DNA of 64,000 bases. Source: Chrysomallon squamiferum (lineage: Eukaryota > Animalia > Mollusca). The stretch spans positions 7,626,001 to 7,690,000 of the forward strand of contig CM022669.1 of the NCBI GenBank assembly GCA_012295275.1, written 5' to 3'. Shown one piece after another: positions 37,051 through 51,400 of this stretch; the first letter of the stretch is position 1; every line of letters begins with the position of its first letter. The translations under genes were made by a program, and so were the position numbers. The notes under the pieces are model-generated. The model saw only the letters and a program-made list of their open reading frames with translations, was not told the DNA's origin and made no database searches.

Positions 37051-38647
37051 ATGGAAGATCGTCTGCTCATTAATAAACCTAAGCTGTTCTGTCCCGTTAT
37101 TCTCATACGAGAAGGTGAATGTTGCTACAACAGCTACCAAGATGAGCCTCTAGATTTGACTAAAGAAAAACTGGACTCGAAGGTTTCGCAGAAAAAGAAA
37201 GAATTATTTATAAGTTGTCCTAGTTCAAAAAATGTTTCTAGGAATGTCGAACGTTCTGAACGTTCTTACACAAAAAGAAAATTTAAAAAGGGTTTCCATG
37301 ATCATTCTCAGTGTTATAAAGAGCAGCATATGAATATTAGTTCCAAAAATGTTTCATGGGGACATGATAGAGTACTGAACATGGATCTGAGAAGAATCAG
37401 AATTCGAGAAAGTCAACTGTTCAGTTCAAGACGAACTCTTTACCCTCCTGAAGTAAAAAAGAAAGCTTCTCACAGACATTACAATGATTTGTTTTCAGAA
37501 TTTCATAAATTACGATGACGAATATAGATACACAAATGAATCAGATTTTCAAAATGCAGGAAAAAATCGTCGTAGCCATGTTTTTCAAGACGGTATCCTG
37601 ACATCTGTTTCCGAAACAAAACATGGACCAAAGCGTAATTTAACAAGATCAGAGAAAGTGAAGATTTTTGCATGTCCGTATTGTACAGTGTGTTGCAGTA
37701 ACCGTGGCCAGTTGACGGGACATTTACGAATACACACAGGTAAGAACTGATGATAACCATCTTACAAGTCTGGGTTCGAATAACTTTGTTGGAATTTTAT
37801 AAGTCGTTTTAACTAAAAATACTTTGGAGGTTGACTGGCTTAATATTCATATATAAACGTTATATTAAATATCGAGATATTATTTGAGAGTTTTACGTTT
37901 GACATTAAAGCGTTTGCCTGTATAATTTGCAAGATTAATCTTTCCTCCTCCTCGTGGATTTTAAATTTACATCGCGCGCGCGCCCATGTGTGTGTGTTAT
38001 ATGGTACCTGTGCATGGAATATTTGACTGAGAATAGTTACATTTCCGCTACAGCAATAATTTTGCTTTCCATTATCATTATATAAGTTAAAACATTTATA
38101 TGTTTCATCTAATAGCTATTAATTGTAAAGTATCTGAAGATGTTGTTTATTTCAGCGTCAAAATAATGTCATGCAGTTGAAGTTTCAAAGCAATATAGAA
38201 ATTATGGCTACAGTTTAAGTAATCTAATCTTTTATTCGCTATATTCAGCATAGTCGTATTCATTGGAATTCTATCCAATTTTCTTTTCTGTAACTTTAAT
38301 TATTATTCACTTTTGCCAATTAATATTTTTAATTTATTTTAACATTTTTTATATGCATGTCATCTTATTCGTTTAAAAAGATAACCAACATCTAAGACAG
38401 CATTAAGCTTTCAAGGATACCTTTAATCATAATACATATTTGTGTTTTAGGCGAGCGCCCGTACGCTTGTCCAGAACCCGGATGTAAGAAATGTTTTATT
38501 CGCAATGAGGAGTTAACTCGTCATCACAGAATACACACAGGAGAGCGACCTTACACCTGCAGTGACTGCGGAAAATCTTTCACCAGAAAAGACCACTTAA
38601 ACAAACATATAAAAATACACGTTGAGAACAGTGTGTATTTTCTGTAG
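37051..38647 (+). CDS. hkb: Huckebein-like C2H2 zinc-finger transcription factor (Sp/KLF/EGR-related)
   Basis: Fingers [21 protein letters not shown] (exon to 37739), then [23 protein letters not shown] and [21 protein letters not shown] (38451-38647); SNxGQLxGH with RNEELTRH matches Drosophila Huckebein as I recall it. N-terminal PLDLT CtBP-binding motif. A frame change near 37484-37518 needs an intron or an indel. Confidence 0.8.
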
Positions 38648-39294
38648 TTAAAATGCAACTTAATAAAACGAGTGACGAATGTTTATATTTTCTTATATAT
38701 TTATTTCAACTATACTTCGGATATGTTTAACTGCTGGGTCCGCACAATTATGTCAAAGTTACTCTGAAATAAGTAAAATTTGAAAAATCATAACTGTGGA
38801 TTTTTTTTGATTTTTTTTGTCACATGAGATTTTTACTGATCAGACTATTTCCTATCCATTTTAACATTCTTTAATCAAAAACTCATCTGTAATCTACCGA
38901 AATAGATCAGTTTTAATTATGACTGATTTTACCGATGAAAGACAAATGTAATGAGTTCACATACATTTCTCAATAAATACCACCCCCACACACACTTTCA
39001 TATCAACGGATGTATCTACACCCTTATATAAATACAAATAATTATACATTTGACACTTCAGTGAAGTATATATTTAACACCTTTCTATTTTTCTTTCCAA
39101 AAACCTTGTCAAGTAAATTGATATGAAAGTTGTTACAACAATGTCTTGAAAGATGTTTATATAATATCACATTGACTAAACACCACTGGGTTGAAATAAT
39201 GACATCTGTCATGACATATCTGTAACAAATTGGGTGCGATACCCAGCAGGAGACAGGTTGTTATGGCAACTGTTCAGAAGATTTTCTTTATTTG

Positions 39295-40260
39295 CTATGA
39301 TTCATTAATGATGTCCTGAAGATAGCTGCCAGTTTCTGGTTTGAGCATGTTGGCTATAAAATCATTAAAACCAAGATCTTTAGCAATGGTATACTGAGTT
39401 TTCACATCCTTGCAGAAAGGTAACAGTTTCTTGATGTTGCTTAGACACTGTGGGTTAAATGGTCCTAACTGACGATATCTGAAAAAAAAAATAGAGAAAA
39501 AAAAAAATTATTTAAAGGATTTCACAGTCAAGGGTACAGGTAGGAGTAACCACAGAGTATATGTTAAGATTGTAAATAGGAATAACAACTGGATACTGAC
39601 TGGAACAGCCAATAAATGAAAGCATTCATATTCTTATTAGTACCAATGGAATATAAAAAGGATTGACTATTTTATAAGTGGGAGCAACCATTCAAAATAA
39701 TGTTTTAAAAATAACCCAAGAGGCACAGATTAGTAACCATGCAGTCCATGGAATAAAATGAGGAGAGGATAGTGAAATAAGTTTTTTAAAACAAACCTAT
39801 CCATCTTCAGTAATGCTTGCATTAGATTCCTTCCAGAAAATTATTTAAATTTTTAAAGTAATTGCTCAGAATAAATAAAACCACAGAGTCCAGAGTTTCA
39901 AAAGATCAATTTTAAATGATGTCTAAAAATAAAAATAAAATCCTACAAACCTCTCTACAGCATCAGCAATCATGGATGGTACGAGTCTGATGTGAGATTT
40001 GAGATCCTGAAGAAATCGGAAGTCACCGTTGACTATCACATTGTAGTAAATAGCAATCGCCCAGTCAGCTCTCTTCCCATAGGCCTCGCTTATAATCAAA
40101 CACTGATAAATTTAAAAATACACACAAAATAAACATACTTTGTATAAATACCATAAGAAACACAAGACATAGAACTGTAGGTTGTTAAAACATTTGATTA
40201 AATCAGGATTACTAGTACTATTCTTATTCAACAAAAATGTTTCTTCTTCTTCTTTTATTA

Positions 40261-40297
<37 letters not shown>

Positions 40298-42754
40298 ATT
40301 ATTATTATTATTACAAAATCTATAAGTTCTAAAATAACAAACCTCTGAAAACTTGGGGTGTTGGTTGAGAAGGTTTGTTACATCATCAGCTGATAGGTTG
40401 ATGAGGACAAGTCCTGACGACAGATGTTGTAGTTGCAGTGCAAGCAGTCTTGCCTGTCTGATACACTGCTGAGCATGACGGACGCAGTCCTCCTGAAATT
40501 CACCAAAACAAAAATACCATAAAATGAAGAAGTTCTAAGATCCTGGAAGACATTTATTTCAGATAAAAATACCAATGCTCTTGAATTACTTGGTGGTCTT
40601 GTTTTAGTATCTGGTTTAGAAATGATTGTATGGAGTAAAACTACTTCATGGTCAGCATGTGCACACCTTTAAATAGATTTTTGATTGATTTATTCCACAA
40701 TGAACACACAGCTAAAATTAACGAAATTATATTATAGTTGGATAAATTATCCTCTTTCAGAAAACATTTTAATGAACATGTATATAATTGTCCTATGTTT
40801 TGCACTGTACTATTTAGTCTGCCTTATTTAAGAATTGGTGATGAAATTTCTGTAATGCAATAACCATTTTCACCATTTTCTTAAAACATTATTTTGTAAT
40901 TAGTTTCTTACTTAATCAAATTAATTATAATTAATCTTGACATTCATACCTTGATATAGCTGTCAGCTGCGTCAGAAAAATACACAATACTTTTCTTCAG
41001 AATATCTTGTACTTCCTTTATGTTTTCTTAAAATTGAAACAAAACAAAATAAAATAAATGTTTTTCATTACACAATGATCTGCAAAATAATTTTAAAATA
41101 TTACGATATTAAATTAACTTCAAAAATAAGGTTTCTGTGTTTTTAAAGATTTAGTAGTGTAACATTTTATTATGATTTTTTAATTAATTTTTTTATATCA
41201 TTTCAAACTAAACAATGTGCATTTTCACTAAAATGAAATTATAAAAATATAACCAAAGTTTGATCAAAATTGCAGAAACATATAGATCATTTTAATTATT
41301 TTTTGTAAATAAATTATCTATAACCTTGTTTTTAATTCCGTGATTATTTCTTTCTTTCTTTCTTTCTTTTTTTACATACTTTATTTATTTATTTATTTAT
41401 TTTACACACCAAGTGGTTTATCTTTAAGAATTTCAATATGGCGATGTCCATTCTCTTCCAACATCTGAGCTATTTCTCTGAACATTGTGAAGTTGAGGGC
41501 CACCATTGTGTAGTTTTCATTGTCCTTTGGATGAAATCTTTTCAGATAATCCAGTATTGCAATCTTGAGTTTATCTTCCTGAAAAGAAAATATGATTTTG
41601 TTAACAGTGAAAAAAAATATGGACAGATCCAGAAACACTTACAAGGAAGGATACTGACTATAAGAAATTTAATTAAAATGTTTTTAAAAAATCCATGAGC
41701 CAAACTCTTCAATTTGGTGAACAGATCCAATATATATTTTTAATTAAAATTACATTTGAAGTGTTCTAAATTCATTTAAAAGATGTTACAGATTGATAGA
41801 TTTGCATCCATTTGTCAGCCATCTTTAAAATGAATTATTTAACATTTGTAATGAAAATTTGTTGTTATAAGTATTCATAGCAAAACAAATATTTTTAGTT
41901 CATGAATGAAAACACGCTATCATTTAACTCAATTAAAATAAAAATATAAGAATAAATCAGTTGAATTACCTTCTCCATTCCTTTTCTTAACAATAGTTCA
42001 AACTGTTCATGATGTATGAGAGCATCAAATATGTATGTCATTTCATTAAAACGTCCAATGCCTGTGAGCAGTCGAATCTGAAATATAAATAAATGTTTCA
42101 TAGTTTAATGAAATTAACAGTTACCAAAAATTAAATTTAAATTTCAGAAATAAAAAAAAAAAAAAATTAAAAATAACCCCCCCAACAACAACACTAAAAT
42201 TCAAAAATATTTAAAATTAAACATCAAAAAGTATTCTTAACTGACTGAAATGTACTGAATCCTGTTCAGTGCTTTTCAGTACATTTCAGTCTATGTGACT
42301 ATTCTGTTGGTTATTAGATTTACCATGAGTGAAAACTCCTGGGATACAGCCAGGACCTCAGTGGTGGTCCTAGCAGCTCGAAGGACATTTGATATTCCTT
42401 CCATACTGCAGGCAACAGTAAAACACTCATGAGCCAAGACCAGCAACTCTGTCTGAACTGAGAGATCTGAAATAAAACAAAAATTCTTTTAACAGGACTG
42501 ACCATCAAAATCAAAATCACCTTTAAAAGTTTTTTCTGTTGTTTGTATTTTATTTCAATACTTACTAACAAACTGCTTACCAGTGTATGAACTTTCTGTC
42601 TGGTTGCTAGAAATGGCTGCCACTGCATCAAGCAAATGGTTGCCAAGTTTTGAGGGATCCTGGCAAAGTTTTATAAACTGATCAAATACAGCCATGCCAT
42701 CTTGTGGGTTGAAAATCAGATCAGGGTTACTAGAGCCAAATTTTGGATCTGGAC

Positions 42755-42786
<32 letters not shown>

Positions 42787-42945
42787 CACATTAATAAATA
42801 CAGACAATTCGATAAAAGTTTTCTAATACTCAAAATATTTCTACATTTAATTGTGCTTTAAACACCGAATTTTTTTTCCCCAAAACACCATCACATTAAA
42901 TGTCATCTCTCTCACACACACACCACACCACACCACACCACACCA

Positions 42946-42996
<51 letters not shown>

Positions 42997-45900
42997 TAAA
43001 ATGACATTTAATATGAAGGTCTTTTGGAAATAAATATATAAAACAAATACATTTTTCAAAACAAACATACATAAACATAAACATACATAAAAATACTCAA
43101 ATACAATCACAAACATAAATATATAACTATATAAACAAATAAATATTGCAGATAAGAGGGAGACAAGGAGTGGGAGACATTCACAAATTTGAGAAATAAA
43201 CTAAACAAAACAAATTCAAATTCTTCATCTACTGAAATGTTTAAAAATACATTGTTTACCCTGGCCAGCGTGTCCAGCCAAACCAATTTTCAGAGCAGTA
43301 ATAATTGAATCAGCAAGGAATGAAGATACCTGAAAACAAACAAATGCATTTTCATTTACTAAATTTAATTTTTTTTTCTTCTAAATTAAGATGTGTACTG
43401 TTAAACTATTATTTTATAATTACAGTATTAATTAATTAATTACTCACCTTGTTAGTTATATTTAACAGTGTTATGATTATTCACATGGTTACTGTTGTAT
43501 TTCAGTCTGATTTAATTACTCATCTGGTTATTCTTACATTTCACAAATTTTTAATAACTCACCTGATGCCATTACTCACACAGTTACTTGTATATTAAAA
43601 AAATGACTGCTCACCTGGTTACTGTCAGAGTTTAGTGAGATACAGTTACTCACTTGGTACAGTTAATGTTTAACAGTGAGGTGAGGCTACTCACTTTGTT
43701 AGTTATATATATTACAATGTGTCTACTCACCTGGTTATCTGACAGAGAACTTGTACTAAGGTAATCCCGAGCCAGACTAAACCTGTGCTGGAACGTTGTC
43801 ACTTTGAGCAGATCACCAAGCACTGTGAATTCTTTACTAATAACTATGTCTTCATATGTCCGATTCAACAACTGTGAAAAACACATACATTATATAAAAT
43901 AAATAGTATCTATACATCTCTGGGTCTTTTTTTTTTTTTTTTTTTTGTAATTCAAGCAGTACATATATGTTACGTTCATCCAGTTGTTATGTTGTCTATA
44001 TCTGTATTATTATTTTTCAAATTTGATGGTATAGCTGTTAAACTGTCTGTCTCTGGGTTTTTGGGTGGTTTTTAATACAAGCAGTACATATATGTTATAC
44101 ATTCATCCAGGTTTCATGTTGTCTGTATGCGTATTATTATTTTTCAAATTTAATGGTGTAGTTGTTAAACTGTCAGTCTTCAAAATGGTATGCACTGGGT
44201 TAATGTTCTGTGGCTATAATATATCTACAATTTATTTTAACAAACTATCCAATTCATTAACACTGTTTTAGAGACATAACAACAACTTTTTTAAAGTATG
44301 CAACAAAGATAGGCTTGAAAATTATCTTTCCAATGGTTTATTCATTTATAACAAGCGGATTCTATATAGTTTGGTAAAATGGTTGACCACAAAAGAGAGG
44401 CTATAATGTTCAGTAACTTCAGAACTTTAAGCCTTCAAAGTGATCACTTCACTATCCGGAATTCTAAACCTACAAAGTAATCACTATCACTAAAAGCAAA
44501 AAAATCCAAGCCAACAAAGTAATCACTTACACAAGCCACTTTGTAAGCTGTAACAATTCTTAGACAGCAATGTTGTCCTTGGACACAGTTACTTAGCAAC
44601 ATCTCCATGGTAATGATCACTTCCTCTTTGTCTGCAGGCAAAAAATCCCAGTGGGGAGCAGCACTAGCCAAACTGAGACCTGTAAAAGATGAAGTGTAAG
44701 CTTTCCATACTTTCAGTGTGTCTTGTAATAACTGTCATTTGCCCAACATGACAAAATAGTTGTAAGGTAGGTAACTCTATCACTAAGCTATTCTACATCA
44801 GTAGTTGGCGAGTTTCAATTTTTGTGTCTCACTATTTCACTCTATATATTTCTTCCAAGATAAATAACTGAAGGCAATGTTTTATATATACACTCAGGTT
44901 TAAAACTTACTGCTGGCAGAATGTGGAAATCTGGGGACTGCTCCTGAAAATGAGCCCCTTCCAACTCTACCCTTGTCTCTAGATGTCAAGAGCTGTCTCA
45001 TTTCTTCATCTATGCCATCTACAGTTTGAATGTGTAGACTCAGTCTGATACACGTCTGAAAAGATTTGTATTTTTAAAACTGTAAATATTATATACAAAA
45101 AAAACATATACAAAAATACACACTGAACCTTTATACACATGCATGTCTACATTTTTTGTAAACATCAGTATTTTCAACAACCGTGTTAAGAATCACAGTA
45201 ATATTTTTATGTACGCCAACATTTTCTAACAAACATTACAGGTGTTAAAAATGTGTACCAGAATGATAGCCAAGTCTTGGCTTTTGTGACCAAAAACTGC
45301 CGTCACTTTGCAAGCTTCTCGTATTTGTCCATTGTTCAACAGTTCTCCAACCAGAGAGTCTAAGGCTCCAGATTCCTAAATTTAAAAAAGTAATAAAAAA
45401 AATAAAAAAATTATTTATTGAAAACAAATCTTTTTTGATTAAAAATTATTTTTTCATTACTGAAAATGTGAAAAGACATCAATAAAGATTGGGAAATTTT
45501 TACTCTGAAGGAATGATCAGGAAGATAAGAGTTGATTTTGTTTATTTAAGAGTTCCCTTTAATTTGTGAAAAACAAAGGAAGACTTACTTCTTTAGACAA
45601 CGAGGATGATTTACTGGAAACTGGCATCCTGCCAAAGTAAAGCAGTTCACTTTTGTCTTCTGTTGATCTGGATGTCTCCAGTGTCTCCATTCCTGACATT
45701 ATTTCTTCAACAGCATCTGGTGTTATCAAGACTTCCTGAAATAAAGTATACATTCATATTCAATAAATTTAAAAAAAAAACGAAAAAAAAGTAAGATATG
45801 AAAAAGAAAAAGAATTAAAAAAAAAAAAAAAACACAACTTTTTTTTCATCTATCAGGAATTTCTGAATTTGTTACAGTAAAATGAAATTACCAGTAAAAA

Positions 45901-46309
45901 ATAGCAAAGGCTGGTATCAATATATAAAAGCAATTACTTGCAAGTATATAAAATGAATTTAGTGTCTTTACTATCCACTTTAACATAAAACAAAATAAAA
46001 CAAATTCTCGAGGATCCACAAATTTATAAAACATACTTTAAAAAAATGTATTTTTGCTGTTGACATTACCACAAATAAACCGGAAAGAAAGATCAGATAT
46101 AAATATACAAAATTTCCCTTTAAAAGATTCAGTGTGTTACCTCAGATTCCTGGAGTTTTGCCTGGATTCTGCATTGCCACATTTTTTGATAAATATTGTC
46201 TACATACATGTCTGTGTTTTCACTGTCCACCTCATTCAGCTGTTTCAAACACTCTTCATAGACTGTCGCTTTCTCTGTCATGTTGTCAACACTCTCTGCT
46301 TCACTCTAC

Positions 46310-46374
<65 letters not shown>

Positions 46375-46572
46375 GTATATGTATGTATAAATTTATGTTA
46401 AAATAATGTGTATATATATATATATATATATATTTAATTAAATAATAATAAAAGTTAAAATAATAAACGATATGAAATCTATATATAAAATAAAATAAAA
46501 TAAAATATGAAATGAAATAAAGTTAAAATCAAAAGAAAATGAAAAGAAATCAATAATAATAATAATAATAAA

Positions 46573-46610
<38 letters not shown>

Positions 46611-48385
46611 AAATATATATATTATTAAGGAGATTCTTAAAAAGAAAGTAAAAAAGTAATAATTGAAATGCAAGGCAGCACTTACCAAGAAAAACTTGAC
46701 AACTTCATCTGAAGTTATTTTCTGTTTGGTGAAGCAGTCAACACAATGTTTCCAAAACTTCAAGCGAGAACCCTTTGATCTCCATAGCATGCTGTTCTCA
46801 AGTTCTTGTTTTTCTAGTGCCAGCTACAAATAAAATAATTTCTTTTATTTTTCTAAATGATAGTTTAAACACAAGCATCACTCCTAAATAAAAAAAAAAA
46901 AAAAAAAGAAGAAAACATTATTCATCTAAAATAAATCATTTTATTCTTTTAATTTTTAATTTTAAAAATGAAATTAATTAATAGTAAGTTAATAATTATT
47001 TAGTTGAAAAAGCATGTTTAAACAATTTTAGCTCCAAAACTGTACTACAAAATCATATTATACAAGATGTTTTTTAAATCTGAAATTTTTAATTTAAAAC
47101 TTTTTGTTTTGTTTTATATAATTTGTATAAATCATCCCAACTTTTAACTTTCATACTTGTTTTAGTGTAATGAAATCAGCTTTGACTTCTGTCAGTGCAG
47201 CAAACTTCCGAGCTTCATCAAAACAAGATTTTTCAGTCAGTTTTGTGATTGCTTTCACAGCCTCAGTCTCAAACTGCTGTTCTGATTTCAACAAAAATGG
47301 CTGGAAGTTGACATCTTCAATCTCACAAGAATGTAGAATTTGAGCTAGCTTGTGAAGTCGACTGTAGTCTAGAACTGAAAATTATATTTATTTTCAGTAA
47401 TGTAACAAATGAATGAATACAACTGTAACAGAATCTCAAAATTGTGGGAATTAATGGGAATTAAGTGTTAACATGTTGTTTTGTTTGTGATAATATGACA
47501 GAAAAATAGACAAATGAATAATTGTCATATTGATGATCAGGAAACATGACAACCTTCTGCAGCAAAATATATTATACATCACACCTTCTCATTAAAAAAA
47601 AGTAAATAGCAAAGCTCTTCATTAGTGATTGAGCATAGGTTGGAATGCGAAATAAACCAATAGTTACTCTGATGACAATTAATAAATTTGAGAACTCTGT
47701 TACTTTTCTGTTTTACTTTATTTGGTAGAAGTTTATAAAAAGTCTAATAGCTGGATCATTAAAAACAAATAAAATAAAACAAATTTGACAATTTAGTTTT
47801 ACAGTATTCAATATCAAAGGCATTTCTGGTTATTTACCATCAAAGCTATAAACAAGTGCGATATTTTCTTGATCCAGCAGTCTGAGGAGGTGCACGGTGT
47901 CATAGAGATGACAGGACCGCAGTAATTGATTCTGCAGAATCTGATTGGTTGTTTTCTCCAGCCATTCCTGGTCGCCAATGACAACTGGTTGTACAGCTGC
48001 AGTAGTACCTTCGTGCCTGTTTTGCTGACTGAACTATAAATAAAGGTAAAATAAATATAGAGGCTTGAACTCAGGGTGAATGCAAAGGGTGTATACCACT
48101 AACACAATGACCAATAAAAATAAACATGTGATCATTTTTATTTAGTTGTTGTTTTAATTACCAATGTTCTGTATATTTTAAAATATGAACAATTCATAAA
48201 AAGAATAACAAATCTATTATTTGTACCTTCATTTTTACTATTTAAATATTGTTTTTATTACTGACATTTTGAAAACATTCATCATGTTCATTATTATTAT
48301 TTAGCATTGTATTTGTAACCTATATTTTAAGAATATTTAAATGCTGAACAACTCTTGATTAAAAAAAGATCTATTTCCAAAATTC

Positions 48386-48436
<51 letters not shown>

Positions 48437-51400
48437 TATTACCAATATTTTGAAGAAAAAAAAAAAAAAAAAAGGACAATATATAATCAGAACTGTTCTA
48501 TTTCAGAGTTGTTTTACAAACTTACACTTGACATGGCATCCTTGAATTCTTCCAAATACTTTTTACTTTTTGTGTAATTCCTCTGTTGTGAACATTCAGC
48601 AACAAATCTCAAGAAGGGCAACATTGGAGAGCTCTAGAATTTTACAACAAAGAAAGCTGAATCTTTAATGAAACCACTGATTATTTTTTAGTCATCAGTT
48701 TTAGGACATAAAAGTTTTTTTTAATATCAGACAACTTGAATACACTCATGGACTATTTTGAATATCTCATCTTTATGGGAATCCTTTTTTTATTTTTTTC
48801 AGTCAGCTTTAATGAGCATGAAAAGTGCAGTTTAACTAACTGGACTATACTATCTAAGCTTTAGGTTAAAATTTTTAATACTGGTTATGTTTTCCCCTTT
48901 GGAATAAGGCTTAAAACATTTAAATAATTCTGAGAATTAATGACATTAAAGGTTTTGAGTATATTTCTAATTGAAATCAAAATCTGATGTGTTAAATATA
49001 CAGAGAAATTAAGAATTAATCAGTCTGTGTATAGACTTATAATGAAATATTCATTGTAAAATTTACTATTAGCAAAGGTTTAGTGCATAGAAATAAATAA
49101 AACAATTACTTGGAAGAGTGCAAAATGTAATTAGGTTAAATGTTACAAATCACAAAGGTGCATATTAAGTTAAAAGCAAACAAACCGTTTGGAATATATC
49201 AAATCCAGTAGCCAGGGTGAATTCCCACTTGTGTTTTAAATAGATGTCAATCAGTGACTCCAGATGAGTCATGCCCCACCCACTTGCAATTTTCCCATGA
49301 TCCTCTAGGAACTGCTTATATGTTGGTTTATCCAACATGGCTACCAGCCATCCACACAGACAGACAAGAACTGAGGAATCCTGAATGGATACAAAATAAA
49401 AATACAGTATATATATATATATATATACCTGTTTGTATATGTATACAAGCATGTACCTATAAATGTATGTTGAAAAGTAAAAGAATCCAGAATATCCTAA
49501 CATCAAATTTCCTTAATTTAATCTGAGTGATGGTAACTAATACATTACTGCAGTGGAAATTAATAACAAGTAAATTGTACCGTGTAGCAAGCAGCTAGTT
49601 CAGCAAACAGCATGTTACGTAGAGACACAGCATGAAAGAGCAGAGACTTCCATGGACAACGTGACGCCTGAGATGAAAATATAACTTGGAAAACATCATC
49701 AGGGGCAGCATCCTCTGACACATAGAGATCTGAAACATGGGTATTAAAATGTTAAAACAATAAATTTAAACCTGATTTGCATCTGTATGAGTAGATGTTG
49801 TCGTTTGGAGATCATTCTGTGTCTGTGATATTGTCAGATACAGATTTTAAACCACACAGGTTTTAACCTGTCTGTGACTTTAGGGATAAAGGATCTTTAT
49901 TTACCTGTGTCTGTGATGTTGTCACATACAGATTTAAAATAATATGTGTCTTCACATGTTTGTAATGTTGTAAATGTGAGATATTTATTTACCTGTGTCT
50001 TTGTTTTGTGATTAGTACCTATTTATTTTTCTGTGTCTGTGGTGTTGTGATTAGTAGATATTTATTTACCTGTGTCTGTGGTGTTGTGATTAGTACCTAT
50101 TTATTTACCTGTGTCTGTGGTGTTGTGATTAGTTCCTATTTATTTACCTGTGTCTGTGGTGTTGTGATTAGTTCCTATTTATTTACCTGTGTCTGTGGTG
50201 TCATGATTAGTAGATATTTATTTACCTGTGTCTGTGGTGTTGTGATTAGTAGATATTTATTTACCTGTGTCTATGGTGTCATGATTAGCAGATATTTATT
50301 TACCTGTGTCTGTGGTGTTGTGAATAGTAGATATTTATTTACCTGTGTCTGTGGTGTTGTGATTAGTAGATATTTATTTACCTGTGTCTATGGTGTCATG
50401 ATTAGTAGATATTTATTTACCTGTGTCTGTGGTGTTGTGATTAGTAGATATTTATTTACCTGTGTCTGTGGTGTTGTGATTAGAACCTATTTATTTACCT
50501 GTGTCTATGGTGTCATGATTAGTAGATATTTATTTACCTGTGTCTGTGGTGCTGTGATTAGTAGATATTTATTTACCTGTGTTTATGGTGTTGTGATTAG
50601 TACCTATTTATTTACCTGTGTCTGTGGGGCTGTGATTAGTAGATATTTATTTACCTGTGTCTGTGGGGTTGTGATTAGTAGATATTTATTTACCTGCATC
50701 TGTGGGGCTGTGATTAGTAGATGCAGGTGTTTGTTCTGGTTGTTCACTTGACTCATCTTCACTGCTTTCACCTGTCAGAATGAACAATAAAATACCTGAT
50801 TTAAATACCTGAAATATCTGTGAAATTTAGATATTTTTTATACATCCTTGTTTCTTTGAGGTTATTTAACATAAGAATAAGATAATGTGGGATCAATAAT
50901 ATTGAATATTTAATAATACATCAAGAGAGTTTCATATTAAAGGTTATTAAGTGTCAATTATATGATATTCTAGCAATATCATGATAAAGTAAAAATTCAC
51001 AAAACTTCCACACACTGATAATTCCTGAAACTTTCCATGGAAAGCTGCCCCAACTATCTAAAATGCATAGCAAAAAAATAAATAATAATAATAATAATAA
51101 ATAAAAAAATAAACAATAATAATAATAATAATTAAATAACAAAATAAGTTTTGAAATAAATATGTTGTCTTTAAGAATAAAGTTTAAAAACAAAAAATTA
51201 GTTCATATTTCATCACACTAATTTTAGATTTTAAATCTTTTCTACCAACTGCTCTTTGTATTACAAATAATTATTTTAACGACAAAATTGCACATTACGA
51301 AGAATAGTGCAAAGACACAACAGTTTGCTGGACACAACCCTTCTTTGTTATCCCACACCAGTTATGAGAGAAGAAGCCAGCTTTTCCTAATATATAAACA

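Noticed and set aside
49980-50722. CRISPR-like array
   Set aside because: Head-to-tail units without unique spacers, inside a eukaryotic intron, no cas genes.
50008-50751. 247-aa Cys-rich repeat ORF (YLFTCVCGVVISR)n on the + strand
   Set aside because: Antisense reading of the 39-bp minisatellite; any stop-free unit divisible by 3 gives this. No ATG at its start or gene context.
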